Origin: Eledone cirrhosa
Lineage: Eukaryota
DNA: 64,000 nt
Direction: 5' to 3'
Assembly: GCA_964016885.1 (NCBI GenBank)
Contig: OZ024747.1
Location: 35,960,001-36,024,000, forward strand
Shown in pieces: positions 14,354 to 25,345 of this stretch (positions are counted from its first letter, which is position 1; every line of letters begins with the position of its first letter). A program made the translations under genes and the position numbers. The notes under the pieces are model-generated. The model had not been told where the DNA came from. It saw only the letters and a program-made list of their open reading frames with translations, and ran no database searches.

Positions 14354-16168
14354 ACAGTTGGATTTATCTTGCTTTATGTTCATACGAGTTATCACCAAAT
14401 CACAACCAGTGACCTCAAGAGACAAGAAGCTCCGGCATGCTCAAGACAGAACATACATACACACACATGCATCTTTAGTTGTTTAGACCTGTGATGTATT
14501 TATATTAACAGAATCTTCCTTTGTATATGGGCAGTTCCCATTAGTACTATCATTTGTATATCTGCTATACGCAGGTTTCCTGGGATTTGCGATAAGTAAT
14601 CAATAGACCACCTATGTATCATTACTAGAGTTCCTACAACCACTGGTATTGTTTTAGTTCTCAATTACCACATTTTTCCAATTTCTATCTCCAGGTCCTT
14701 ATACTTGCTCAATTTTTCAAATTCTTCTCTATTGGAACGGACATATCAATTAGTAGGCATACCTTCTTTTTAAAGTCCTTCAGTATTATATCAGGTCTAT
14801 TTGCATCTATTTTTCGGTCTGTGTGTATGCTAAAGTTCCACAAGAATGAGATGTGATCTTCGTCAAGTATGGGAGGTGGTTGATGCTCCCACCAATTCTT
14901 TTGATGGGGCAGGTCAAAATGCTTACACATTATCCAATGTATGTATTGTGCAGCTCTGTCATGCCTGTTTAGGTATTCGGTTGGAGCTATAGGACTACAC
15001 ATTGAAATTATATGATCAATGGTCTCTGGTTGTTTTTTACATACACGGCATAATGGGTTGCATCCATTTTTTATTATGTTGGCTTGGTAATTTTTTTGTT
15101 GGCAGACACTGATCTTGTGCCGATATAACCAGTCCTTCAGTCTCCGATTTCAGTTCAGAGGGTGCCAACCACTGATGGGTTAAAGTTTTGTCAACATCAG
15201 GATTGTTAGCTCTTTCTGGGTATTTTCCATACAGTGACTGTCCTTGCCATTTCTTAGCCAGTTTCTGTAGCAGTTCTTTCTTTGCAGTTACTTTTACCTG
15301 CTTTGTTTTTTCTGTGTTTTCGATTTCAGCAGTAAATGGGACTTCTGAAATGTGAAGTCCATTACCTCATCTTTGTGCATCTTTTGTAATGTAGTATGAT
15401 CTTTTGATGCTTTCGTGGTTCAAAACGAGTTTCATCATTCAATCATGTGATTTCCTTAGATATGTAGATAATCCAATTGTTGCAGTTTTCAACGCAATAT
15501 CTAACTGGATTAACTCACGTCCTCCTTCTTTCCTAGGGAGATATATTCTATCTATATCTGCCTTAGGGTGATGCATTCTGTGCATGGTTAAGAATTTTCA
15601 AATTTTTGTATCGAGCCTACGGATCTCTGTGCTTGACCAGTTGATGACATTGTAACTGTAGGTTACTACTGGTATGGCAAGCGGGTTTATGGCATCGATG
15701 GTATTCCTTGCATTCAATTCCGTTCTTAAGATTGCTCTTACTCCGCGGTAACATTCCTTCCTTATCCTTTCCCTCATTGTCGAGTTCTTGATTCCGTACC
15801 CTTCACAAACACCTAGATAATTGTAAGTTTCCTCTTGATCAAATTCTCTTATCACATTCCCCCGATCAAGATTAGTGTCTGAACTTTTCAACAGCTTTCC
15901 TTTGTGAACGTTGCTTTGGCGCATTTATCTTGTCCAAACTCTATTTTAATATCATCACTGAACTGCTCCACAGTGGATAATAACCCTTGCAATTGTTCAA
16001 CATATTTTGCAAATAGTTTAAGGTCATCCATGCAGACCAAGTGATTAATGGTTTTGTCATAGACCTTTTATGCATGTTTTGTTTCATTGAGCATTTTACT
16101 TATGGTATACGTGCGATGCAGAATAAAAGCGGTGATAAAGAGTCACCCTGAAAAATTCCACGATTAAT
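14354..16168 (-). mobile_element. R4/Dong-type element family B, copy B1 (5'-truncated, degenerate)
   Basis: Homologous to 29235-31060; RHD and RPDIILKD RLE motifs; (ATT)n on both sides. Confidence 0.92.
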
Positions 16169-16180
16169 ATTATTATTATT

Positions 16181-16897
16181 ACAGTTGCATTTATATTGCT
16201 TTATGTTCATACGAGTTATCACCAAGTCACGACCAGTGACCTAAAGAGACAACAAGGTCCGCCATGTTCAAGAAAGAACATACATACTCACACATGCATC
16301 TTTAGTGTTTAGACTTGTGATGTACTTATATTGACAGAATCTTCCTTAGTATATGGGCAGTTCCCATTAGTAATATCCTTTGTATTTCTCCTATACGCGA
16401 GTTTCCTGGGATTTGCGATAAGTAATCATTAGACCCCTTAGTTATCATTCCCAGAGCGCCTACAACCACTGGTATTGTTTTAGTTCTCAATTTCTACATT
16501 TTTCCAATTTATATCTCCAATTTTTCAAATGTTTTTATAGATACATTCTTGTCTATTGGAACCGACATATCAATTAGCAGGCATACCCTCTTTTTAAAGT
16601 CCTTCAATATTATATCATGTCTATTTGCATCTTTTTTTCGGTCGGTTTGGATGCTAAAGTTCCACAAGATTGAGATGTGATCTTTTTTGAGTATGGGAGG
16701 TGGTTGATGATCCCACCAATTCTTTTGATGGAGCAGGTCAAACTGCTTACACATTATCCAATGTATGTATTGTGCAGCTCTGTCATGCCTGTTTAGGTAT
16801 TCTGTCGGAGCTATAGGACTGCACATTGAAATTATATGGTCAATGGTCTCTGGTTGTTTTTTGAATACACGGCATAATGGGCTGCATCCATTTTTTA
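16181..16897 (-). mobile_element. R4/Dong-type family B, copy B2 (short 3' fragment)
   Basis: Homologous to 29235-29967; (ATT)n on both sides. Confidence 0.92.
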
Positions 16898-16920
16898 TTA
16901 TTATTATTATTATTATTATT

Positions 16921-19375
16921 GTTGTTATTCCTTGAATCTCAGTCATTGATGTTGGTTAACTGGAAAGTCCGTTGGATTGAATATCAAGCCACTACCTGCA
17001 GCCTCAGATATTCAGGACGTATCGGAGGGTTCTTGCTGTTCCAAGCAAGCATGCCTTTTGAAGCGTTCCAAAAAGCGTGAAGGGGCCGATTTTCTTTAAC
17101 CATCCCTGGAAACTTTTGGAGATAGTCCCCAGTGCGCCTATGACAATCGGGATCACTTTGACTTCATGGCAGTTCCAAATCCTTTTCACCTCCCACTTTA
17201 GGTCCTGGTATCGGTTAATTTTCTCCCTCTCCTTCTCTTGCACTCTCGTATCGAACGGGCAGGCCACATCCACAATCAGACACGATCTTTTTTCTTTGTC
17301 CACAACCACCAGGTCAGGTCTATTGTGTTCCAGTTTTTTGTCCGTCTGTATCGTAAAATCCCACATCACCTTCACCTGATTGTTCTCCATCACCGCCTCT
17401 GGCCTATGCTCATACCATTTCTCAGAATGTGGTAAATTGTTTACTTTGCACAGGTGCCAGTGGATCACCCTGCCCATCACATCGTGTCTCCAGCCCTTAT
17501 AGTGGGTCTGGGCTAGGTGTTTACACTCGGACACAATGTGAGCCACAGTCTCCTCTCTCTCTCCACAGATCCTGCACAGTGGGCTAGCCTCCTCCTTGTA
17601 GATATGGTGCTTCAACCACTTCGTTTTGAGGGCCTGCTCCTGCGCAGCCATTAGCATTCCTTCTGTAGCCTTTTTGAAGTCTCCTCTTCTCAACCAGTTC
17701 CATGTCTGTGGATCTCTAAATTCAGTTTTCTCAAAGAAGGTACTATGAAGGGATTTTCCCTTAAGGCTGCTCTTCCACCTTGATGTTATTTCCTCCTTGG
17801 ACATCCCCTGGCCTACTGTCCCCTCCTTCAGTACAGTTCTGAGCATTGGCTCCTTACTATAGGTCACGTATTTGTATAGGTTGTTTTTCTCCATCTGAAC
17901 ACAGTCCTCTATGCTGATAAGACCTCTTCCACCCTCAGATCTCCTTAGGTAGAGTCTATCGACATCACTCCTCTTGTGGAACATGTTGTAGATAGTCAAT
18001 AGCTTCCTAGTCTTCCTATCCGTTTCTTTTTGTTCAGCAACATTCCATCTCAGAATTCCCGCACTGTACCTAACAATAGACACAGCTCGGTAATTTACTG
18101 CGCTTATGGCATTTCTGCTGTTCAGATGTGACTTCAATACGCTCCTTACTCTCCGAATGTATTCAGTTCTTAACAATTCCTTCATTTTTTTGTTCTTTAT
18201 GCCATCAGCCTCCAGAACGCCCAAATACTTGTACCCTTCCTCAGAGTCAATTTCCTTTATCATCTCACCTGTTGGTATCTGGATCCCGTTATTTCTGCTC
18301 AACCTACCCTTCTTCATCACAATGACTCCACATTTACCAATACCAAACTGCATACATATATCACTGCTGAAAATACGGACAGTGTCAACAAGCACATCCA
18401 ACTCCTTCTCACTTTTCCCGAAGAGCTTAAGATCGTCCATGAAGAGGAGGTGATTGATGGTAAGCTCTCCCCTTCCCAACTTGTATCCTGCTCTCACTTT
18501 TCGCAGCATAATGGTCAAGGGCATCAAGGCAAGGACAAACAACAGAGGGGACAGGCTATCTCCCTGGAAGATACCTCTCTTGATCTTCACGCTTCCCAAG
18601 GATACTCCAGTTGATGTCAACTCTGTCTCCCAGGACCCCATACTCCTGCCTAGCAACTGTCTGATGTTATCTGCCACCCTGAAGATCTCCAGGCTTTTGG
18701 TGATCCAGGAATGAGGCACCATGTCAAATGCCTTTCTGTAGTCTATCCATCCCATGGCAAGATCAGTGTGTCTCCTCCTGCAATTCCCCATTACCATCTT
18801 ATCAATAAGTAACTGGTCCTTTGTACCACGTGACTTCTTTCGGCATCCTTTCTGTTCGTCCGGTAACAAGTTGTTTGTGTGGAGGTGATGGTAGATTTCC
18901 TCAGACACAATGCTCGTCAACAGTTTCCACATTACGGACAGACATGTGATAGGTCTATAGTTGGTAACATCATTACCCTTGATTCGGTCTTTCATTATCA
19001 GAACTGTGGTACCTTTTGTCAACCACTCTGGCACCTCACCCGACACCAAGCAGTCATTGAACATGGCCGTCAGCTTCGGGTGGAGGGATGTTAAATGTTT
19101 AATCCAATACCCCTGCACACCATCTGGGCCTGGTGATTTCCAGTTGGTTAGTTTTTTGGCCTGCCCCTTAAGAGTTTCAACTGTGATACTCAAATCAGTT
19201 TGTTGTTGTGCCTGCTCACCGATCTCCCTCTGTACTGTCTCAATCCACCCTGCCTGGGCATTGTGTCTAACATCCTGCTCCCATATTCCTCTCCAGAATG
19301 TTTTAGTTTGCTCCGCCCCAGGGATCAAGTCGTTGCCTCTTTCTTTCCCCTCAAGCTGTCCAAACAGCATCTTCT

Positions 19376-19376
<1 letters not shown>
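16921..19376 (-). mobile_element. R4/Dong-type family A, copy A1 (5'-truncated; open frame 19370-17004, 788 aa RT+ZnF+RLE)
   Basis: Near-identical to 50574-53031. Motifs QGDSLSP, LFMDD, CRICGEREETVAHIVSEC, RHD and RPDLVVVD...DVACP...KINRY. Confidence 0.95.
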
Positions 19377-19407
<31 letters not shown>

Positions 19408-19692
19408 GGCGACCTACGTAGGAAATCGTATTATCGTGAGCTCCGCAAAGGTTTGTTATTTCCGTTTGTTTAAAAATTGCCATTTATGGAAAATTTTATT
19501 GTAAACTGTTTATAAGCACACATACATTGTTTTCCGAAAAGGACACCCAAAAACATTGGGGCCTTGTGCCCAAAATTTTAACTTTTATTATCCAAAAATT
19601 TCTTTGAAAAAAAATGGCTAATTCCCCTCTGCACGAAGCAGCTGAAAGCCTTCCTCACAAAATAACACCTCACACCGACACCACCATTGTAA

Positions 19693-21577
19693 ATGTTACT
19701 ACGTTTGCCAACACAAAAAAAAAAAAAATATATAAGCAGTAGCAATATTTTAAATTTGTCTCAGGCAGACATTCATTTCCCGCCATTACCAATGACTGCA
19801 GGTGTTAAACCCTCCACCACCACCACCACCGCGACAACCACCACCACCACCACCACCGCGACACCAGAAACAAAAGAAGAAAAAAATAAATTAACTCGTG
19901 ACGTCCAAATGAAATCAAGCAAAATGGACTCTTCCCCACCAAAGACGACTGACGTCACCAACACCACAACTGAAAATAAAATTAATATTAACGATAGCAA
20001 CAACAACAACAATGACATTATAAAACCGACCCTCAGTTTCGCCATCGTAGCAAAACAATTCGAAGCGTTCACGGTAACTCAAGAAGATTTAGAAAATGCC
20101 AAACAAATGGTAAAGAAAGATGGGTACAGGGTCAGCCTCACCCCCCCCCCCCCCCACCTAATAAAATGGAGCATCGGCGCCTGTGCACCGTGTCGTATAG
20201 AACAATAAATGTAAAATCGCGCCGAGTGGAACGGGCATCCGAGTCCCAAATCCAAAAAGCTTTGGGACATGTGTGGGCAAGAAAAACCCACATCAAACGT
20301 GGGCAAAAGTATGGAACCGTGGATGTGTTCTTTGAAACACCAGAGGAGGCTAGAGAACACACCATGGCCCCATTAAAAAGTGACGACCTCACACTCGTCC
20401 CAAGCTATTGTGGCCAGAGACTCGTAAAGATCAAGGTGACCCACGTTCCACCGGCCATCGAAATTCCCTGGCTAATAGCGGCTGTCCTCGCCGGCATCGA
20501 AGCCAACACGAAAATAATAGCAGTAGCAAAAGAAAAGCAGGAAAACTGGTCCGGATCTGGGATGGAGCTCCTGATCCAAGCGGACCAAAAAAGCATTGAG
20601 GAGATCCCAGAGGTAATAGACCTCACTGACGGCAGCCACCTCACGGTAATTGTCGAGGGCAGAAGACCTAGGTGTGTCGTTTGTGGTGAAGGAACCCACC
20701 TAAGGGCTTTCTGCCCTCAGGCTAAAAGGTTGAGGCCACCTCTCCTACCCACCCCAGTGACACAACCATCAACACCACCAGTAGCAGAGATGGCAGCAAC
20801 AACTGTAGCAGCAACAACAGAAGCAACTATAACAGCAACAACCCCAGCAACAGTAGCAAAACCAACACCACTACCACCCAACGCTTCAGAACTAGCACCA
20901 GCGCCTACACCATCCACCACACCGCAACCAAAACTAACGGCTGTGGAGGATTTTCCACTCCCCGGCCTATCACAACTGGAGACAGATTGTGACGACGAGG
21001 AGTGGGAAACGATATCCGGAAAAAAAAAAGAAACCAAAAAAGAAAAAATTCTCTTCCTTCCCCCTCCAAAAACAAAATACGGAGGGAAACAAATAAACTA
21101 AGAAACAAAAAAGTTAGGACAGATATGCCACCATCCACACCAGCATCACCAACCCAAACACCAACACCATCACCATCATTATCCCCAGCACCACCATCAC
21201 CTACACCACAAAAGTCACCAAAATGCGAAACAGAAACAAACCCACAACAAACGCAAACAAAACAAAACAACCAAAACGATACACACTACACAGCATTAAA
21301 ATTGAACTACAAGCAATTATTACACTACATCCAACACAACACCAGCGTCACAGAAAAAGACTACACAACAACCCCAAAATTCACACCACCTCCACACATA
21401 CAAATCACTCGCATCACACAGAAAACGTACATGACACTAAAACAAAAATTCCCCAAAGACATCGGAGACTTCCGACAAGCACTCTCCAGGAGGATTTATA
21501 AGGACATCCTTCCTGAGGAGGCCACAAGCAGTGAAAAGGATGGAAAAGCCGTCCTTCCCCTACGAGAAGTAAGGTAA
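19693..21577 (+). pseudogene. T1 ORF1 (RRM-like region + CX2CX4HX4C zinc knuckle, low complexity), split by two homopolymer frameshifts
   Basis: ORFs 19693-20208, 20166-21101 and 21002-21577; CVVCGEGTHLRAFC; colinear with intact ORF1 34360-36456. True start is uncertain. Confidence 0.85.
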
Positions 21578-24500
21578 GTGGTCTTTCCCATCTTTTCCAC
21601 TCCTTTTCAACATGACCTCACTCAGAGTAGGCAGCATAAATGCGCGTGGCTTGGGGTCGTCATGGAAGCAGGGCCACCTGCTCAACGACCTCAGGTCACT
21701 AAACATAGATGTAGTGGCCATCAGCGAGACCAGAATCTCCGAAGCACAGGCTTTCGCACCGATCTTCGGTGGCTACGATGTGTACGCATCTCCCAGCCGT
21801 CCGGGATCGGGGGGAGGAGTTGCTGTGCTTTTTCGGAGAGGTTTGGATCTTGCCATACGGGCCATCTTCCTGGACCCAGAAGGTAAGTTGGTGGTGCTGG
21901 ACGTGACCAGCGGAGACGGGCAAGCTTTCAGGTTAGTGGCCGTCTATGCCCCGACAGGAGCAGGGCGGCCTGATTTCTTCCGGCGTCTGGAGACCTTTCT
22001 TGGAACGTCCCGCTCTTTAGTGTTAGTGGGCGACTGGAACGGGATCTTAGATGCACGCTGGGATTGTGTGGGATTAGTGGATAGGGAAGGATGGTGCAAG
22101 AGTCTCACCAACCTGCTCAGACGTTTTGAACTGTCTTACAGGTACCGAATGGATTTCCCGAATGTACCAATGTGGACTTGGACAAATCGCATAGGGTCAT
22201 CCAGATCATATCTAGATAGAGTATTTTGTAGGGAAATAGATAGGTCTAGCATAGGCTGTCCACAATTCAAGATAGTCAGCTACACGGACCACAAATTCGT
22301 GATCTGTGTGCTTGACTTAGATAGGCTTCATAGACGAGGACCCGGCTACTGGAAGTTAAACGCGTCCTTACCAGCGCGCAAGGCCTACAGAGACCGGATT
22401 AGCGAACTAGTTAAGCGGGCGTTGACGGGGGCCATCGTCAACAACAAGTGGTGGTTTGCTCTGAAAAGAGCAATTAGAATAGAGTCCATTAGGTTTAGTA
22501 AGACTTTAGCAATAGAGAAAAATAGAGCAGTGGGAGAATTAGTTAGAAAATTAGATGAGGCGCTTAGCAAAGGCATCGCGACCAACGTACTTGCGGCGAA
22601 ATTGGCCCTTGACCAATTCTTCAATGCAAAGCACGAAGGCTGCGTTGTCAGAGCTAGGGTGCGTGCTCTCAGACACGAGGGGACGAAAGCCGTTCAATGG
22701 GCCCGAGTGGCGGAGGCGCGTCGTGGCAACAAAGCGACGATCCGGTCTTTGGTGGACCACGACGGGCGCATGCTACTCGATCCCGGTCAAATGTGTGAAG
22801 CTTTTCAGCGACACTTCGCTCAACTGTTCGGGGGCAGTGGCGGGCCGGATGGAGGGATGGACTTTAGTGTCTACCTCGACGGACTGCCGCGGCTTTCGGC
22901 CACTGAGGCGGAGTGTTGCGAAAAGCCGATAACAACCACTGAAGTACGGGATGCAATGACTAGTTGCACAAGGGGTAAATCGCCTGGTTTGGATGGTCTG
23001 CCCTATGAACTTTACGTACAAAAGCCAAACTTGTTCGGAGGCCTCTTGGCGGACGTCTACTGCAACTGGCAACAGAACGGGAGAATTGCCAGCTCTGTGA
23101 GCCGAGGAGCGGTGGCGCTGCTGAGAAAGGATCCGAACAAGGGGGATAACATAGATAATTTTAGGCCCATAACTCTGCTAAACACAGAGTTCAAGATTTT
23201 GGCCAAGGTGCTAGCAAAGAGGTTGGCGCTTGTCGTAGGTGGTCTGGTGGGAGAGGCACAGACATGCGCCATTCCCGACAGATCCACCCACGACAACCTC
23301 CACCTCATGCGATACATCGTGGAGAGGGTAGCTAGGGAACCTGGCACGGGTGGGTCTTTGATCAATTTAGATCAGTCGAAAGCCTTCGATAGGGTCGACA
23401 ATCGTTACCTAACGGCAGTCCTGAGGGCGGCTGGCTTTGGGCCCGTCTTCAGAGGCTGGATCGCTGCCATGCACAGCGACATCTGCTCTGTAGTGAGAGT
23501 GAACGGTCACCTTTCGGAACCGTTCAACATCATGCGCTCGGTCCGCCAAGGATGTCCCCTCTCGTCCCTATTGTACGTATTGACTCTCGAGCCATTACTG
23601 CACAGACTGGAGACGTTGAGGGGGGTCCCGCGCGAACTAGGATGCGGAAGATCCGTGTCAGCATATGCGGACGATGTCACCGTAGTGGTGTCGAACGCCA
23701 AACACATCGAGGCGATCGGCACTACACTAAGAGAATACGAAGCGGTGACAGGAGCAATGATCAACCAGGAAAAGTCAGTGGGCCCGCAGCTCGGCACCTG
23801 GAGAGGCAGGTCTATGCCGTCCAACAGCGTCGTCGGGCGCTGGACGGACGGACCGGTTAAATTGCTAGGGGTCTGGTTCGGTCCAGACCTCCAGACGGAC
23901 AAAAACTGGGACGAGGTGACGAGCAGGGTGGCTTCTCTCACCTAGAAATGGGCGGAGAGGAAGCTATCCTTGAAAGGTCGAGCGGAGGTGGCGAATGCGT
24001 ACATCGCATCCGTCATCTACTACCGCCTGACCGTCGTACCTTGTCCTAAGCCCCGCCTGACTGCGCTGGAGCGTTAGCTCTTTCGCTTCTTGTGGAAGGA
24101 ACGCGCTCCAATGGTCAGGCGGTCCATCTGCTGTCAACACCCGCTACGTGGAGGGCTGGGCATGCCGTGGCTGATGATGCGCAGACACGCGCTCAGGCTA
24201 CGACATCTCCACCTCTTCCTCGACGGTGATCAGGTGTGGTCGCCGTTTGCAAGACACGTTTTTCCCCAGCTCGTCTCTTTGACGGAGCTGCAGTCCTGGG
24301 TCAAGCGAAGACCGAGAGGGAGCGCTTGGAGACTGGAATGTCTTCAGGCGCTCACAGCCCTCGGCAAATCGGGCAATGTGATCGGTGGAAACTCCACCTT
24401 GGCGTTCTATAGGGGATTAGTGGAGGGGAAGAGCGACGACGTACTTGGAGAAACTCTAGGCGTCGACGAAAATCAACTAGCCAATCTCTTCGGAAGGACT

Positions 24501-25192
24501 TTCGGGCCGGGGCCTATGGACAACTTCCAGAAATCCCTGGCCTGGCAGTGCTACCGAGGAGCTTTGCCAGTTCGGGATAAACTCTACAGGCATGGAGGTG
24601 CCGTCAGCCGGGCATGTCCGAGATGCGCGCAGGGCGACGAAACCGTCCTGCACGCACTCGTCCAGTGTCCGAGCATTGCTGACTTGTGGGTTTATGTCGA
24701 ACACCTGCTGTCACGTGTAGGACGGATCCAGCTATCAGCTGAGTCCATCGTGAGGATTGCCCCGCCCCCTTCCTTTAGCCCGGAAGGGCAGGCAGTTTTT
24801 AATCTGTCTGGTGGCCATGGCGAAAGAGATAGTATGGTGGACACGTTTGAAAGGGCTGAAGACGAGCACTTACCTCTTCGGTGATGCCCTGATTAACTTT
24901 TTAAAATTTCATTTGAAAAGGAAAATCAGGGTAGAGAGGGAAGTGCTCTCTTCCCAGCATTTTGTTGAAAGATGGGTGAGAGAAGCAAGTATGGCCCGAA
25001 TGAATGGGCCTTCTCTGAGTATGTGTCTGTAAATTAAAGGTGGAAAACTGGGAGAGGGCACTTGCCCTGGTGGTCAGGGCCACTGTGGTCTTTTAATGGG
25101 CTTTCTCCACAAATGTCCCTTGGAAGTCTCCCCCCTATTGGGGAATTTTTCTTTGTTATTTTATTTCAACCTCTGTTTTTTTTTACACGCAG
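21574..25192 (+). other. Predicted GT-AG intron spanning all of T1 ORF2
   Basis: Donor AAG|GTAAGT at 21574 overlaps the ORF1 stop. Acceptor CTCTGTTTTTTTTTACACGCAG| ends at 25192. AATAAA at 25266. Prediction only. Confidence 0.55.
21612..25032 (+). pseudogene. T1 ORF2 (APE endonuclease + RT + C-terminal Cys/His motif), disrupted
   Basis: SINARGL, AISET, VYAP, GDWN, YLDRVF, TDHK, KSPGLDG, FRPITLLN, QGCPLS, AYADD, CPRC...ETVLHALVQC. Stops at 23943 and about 24075, frameshift at about 24800. Confidence 0.93.
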
Positions 25193-25279
25193 AAATGCCC
25201 ATTTGTACCGTCCTGCATTGTCCTGCACTGTCCTTAATGTCTACTTTATGTAAACCCTTGTGGTTAATAAAGAAATCAC

Positions 25280-25343
<64 letters not shown>

Positions 25344-25345
<2 letters not shown>

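Larger units (their letters stand above)
19408..25277 (+). mobile_element. Tx1/L1-type LINE copy T1, full length (ORF1 type 1)
   Basis: Starts GGCGACCTACGTAG after (ATT)n and ends AATAAAGAAATC before (ATT)n. Two-ORF structure. Confidence 0.93.

Noticed and set aside
17077-19473. Antisense ORFs over retrotransposon coding regions (here and throughout the array)
   Set aside because: Short shadow frames repeated only because the copies are near-identical; no independent motifs.
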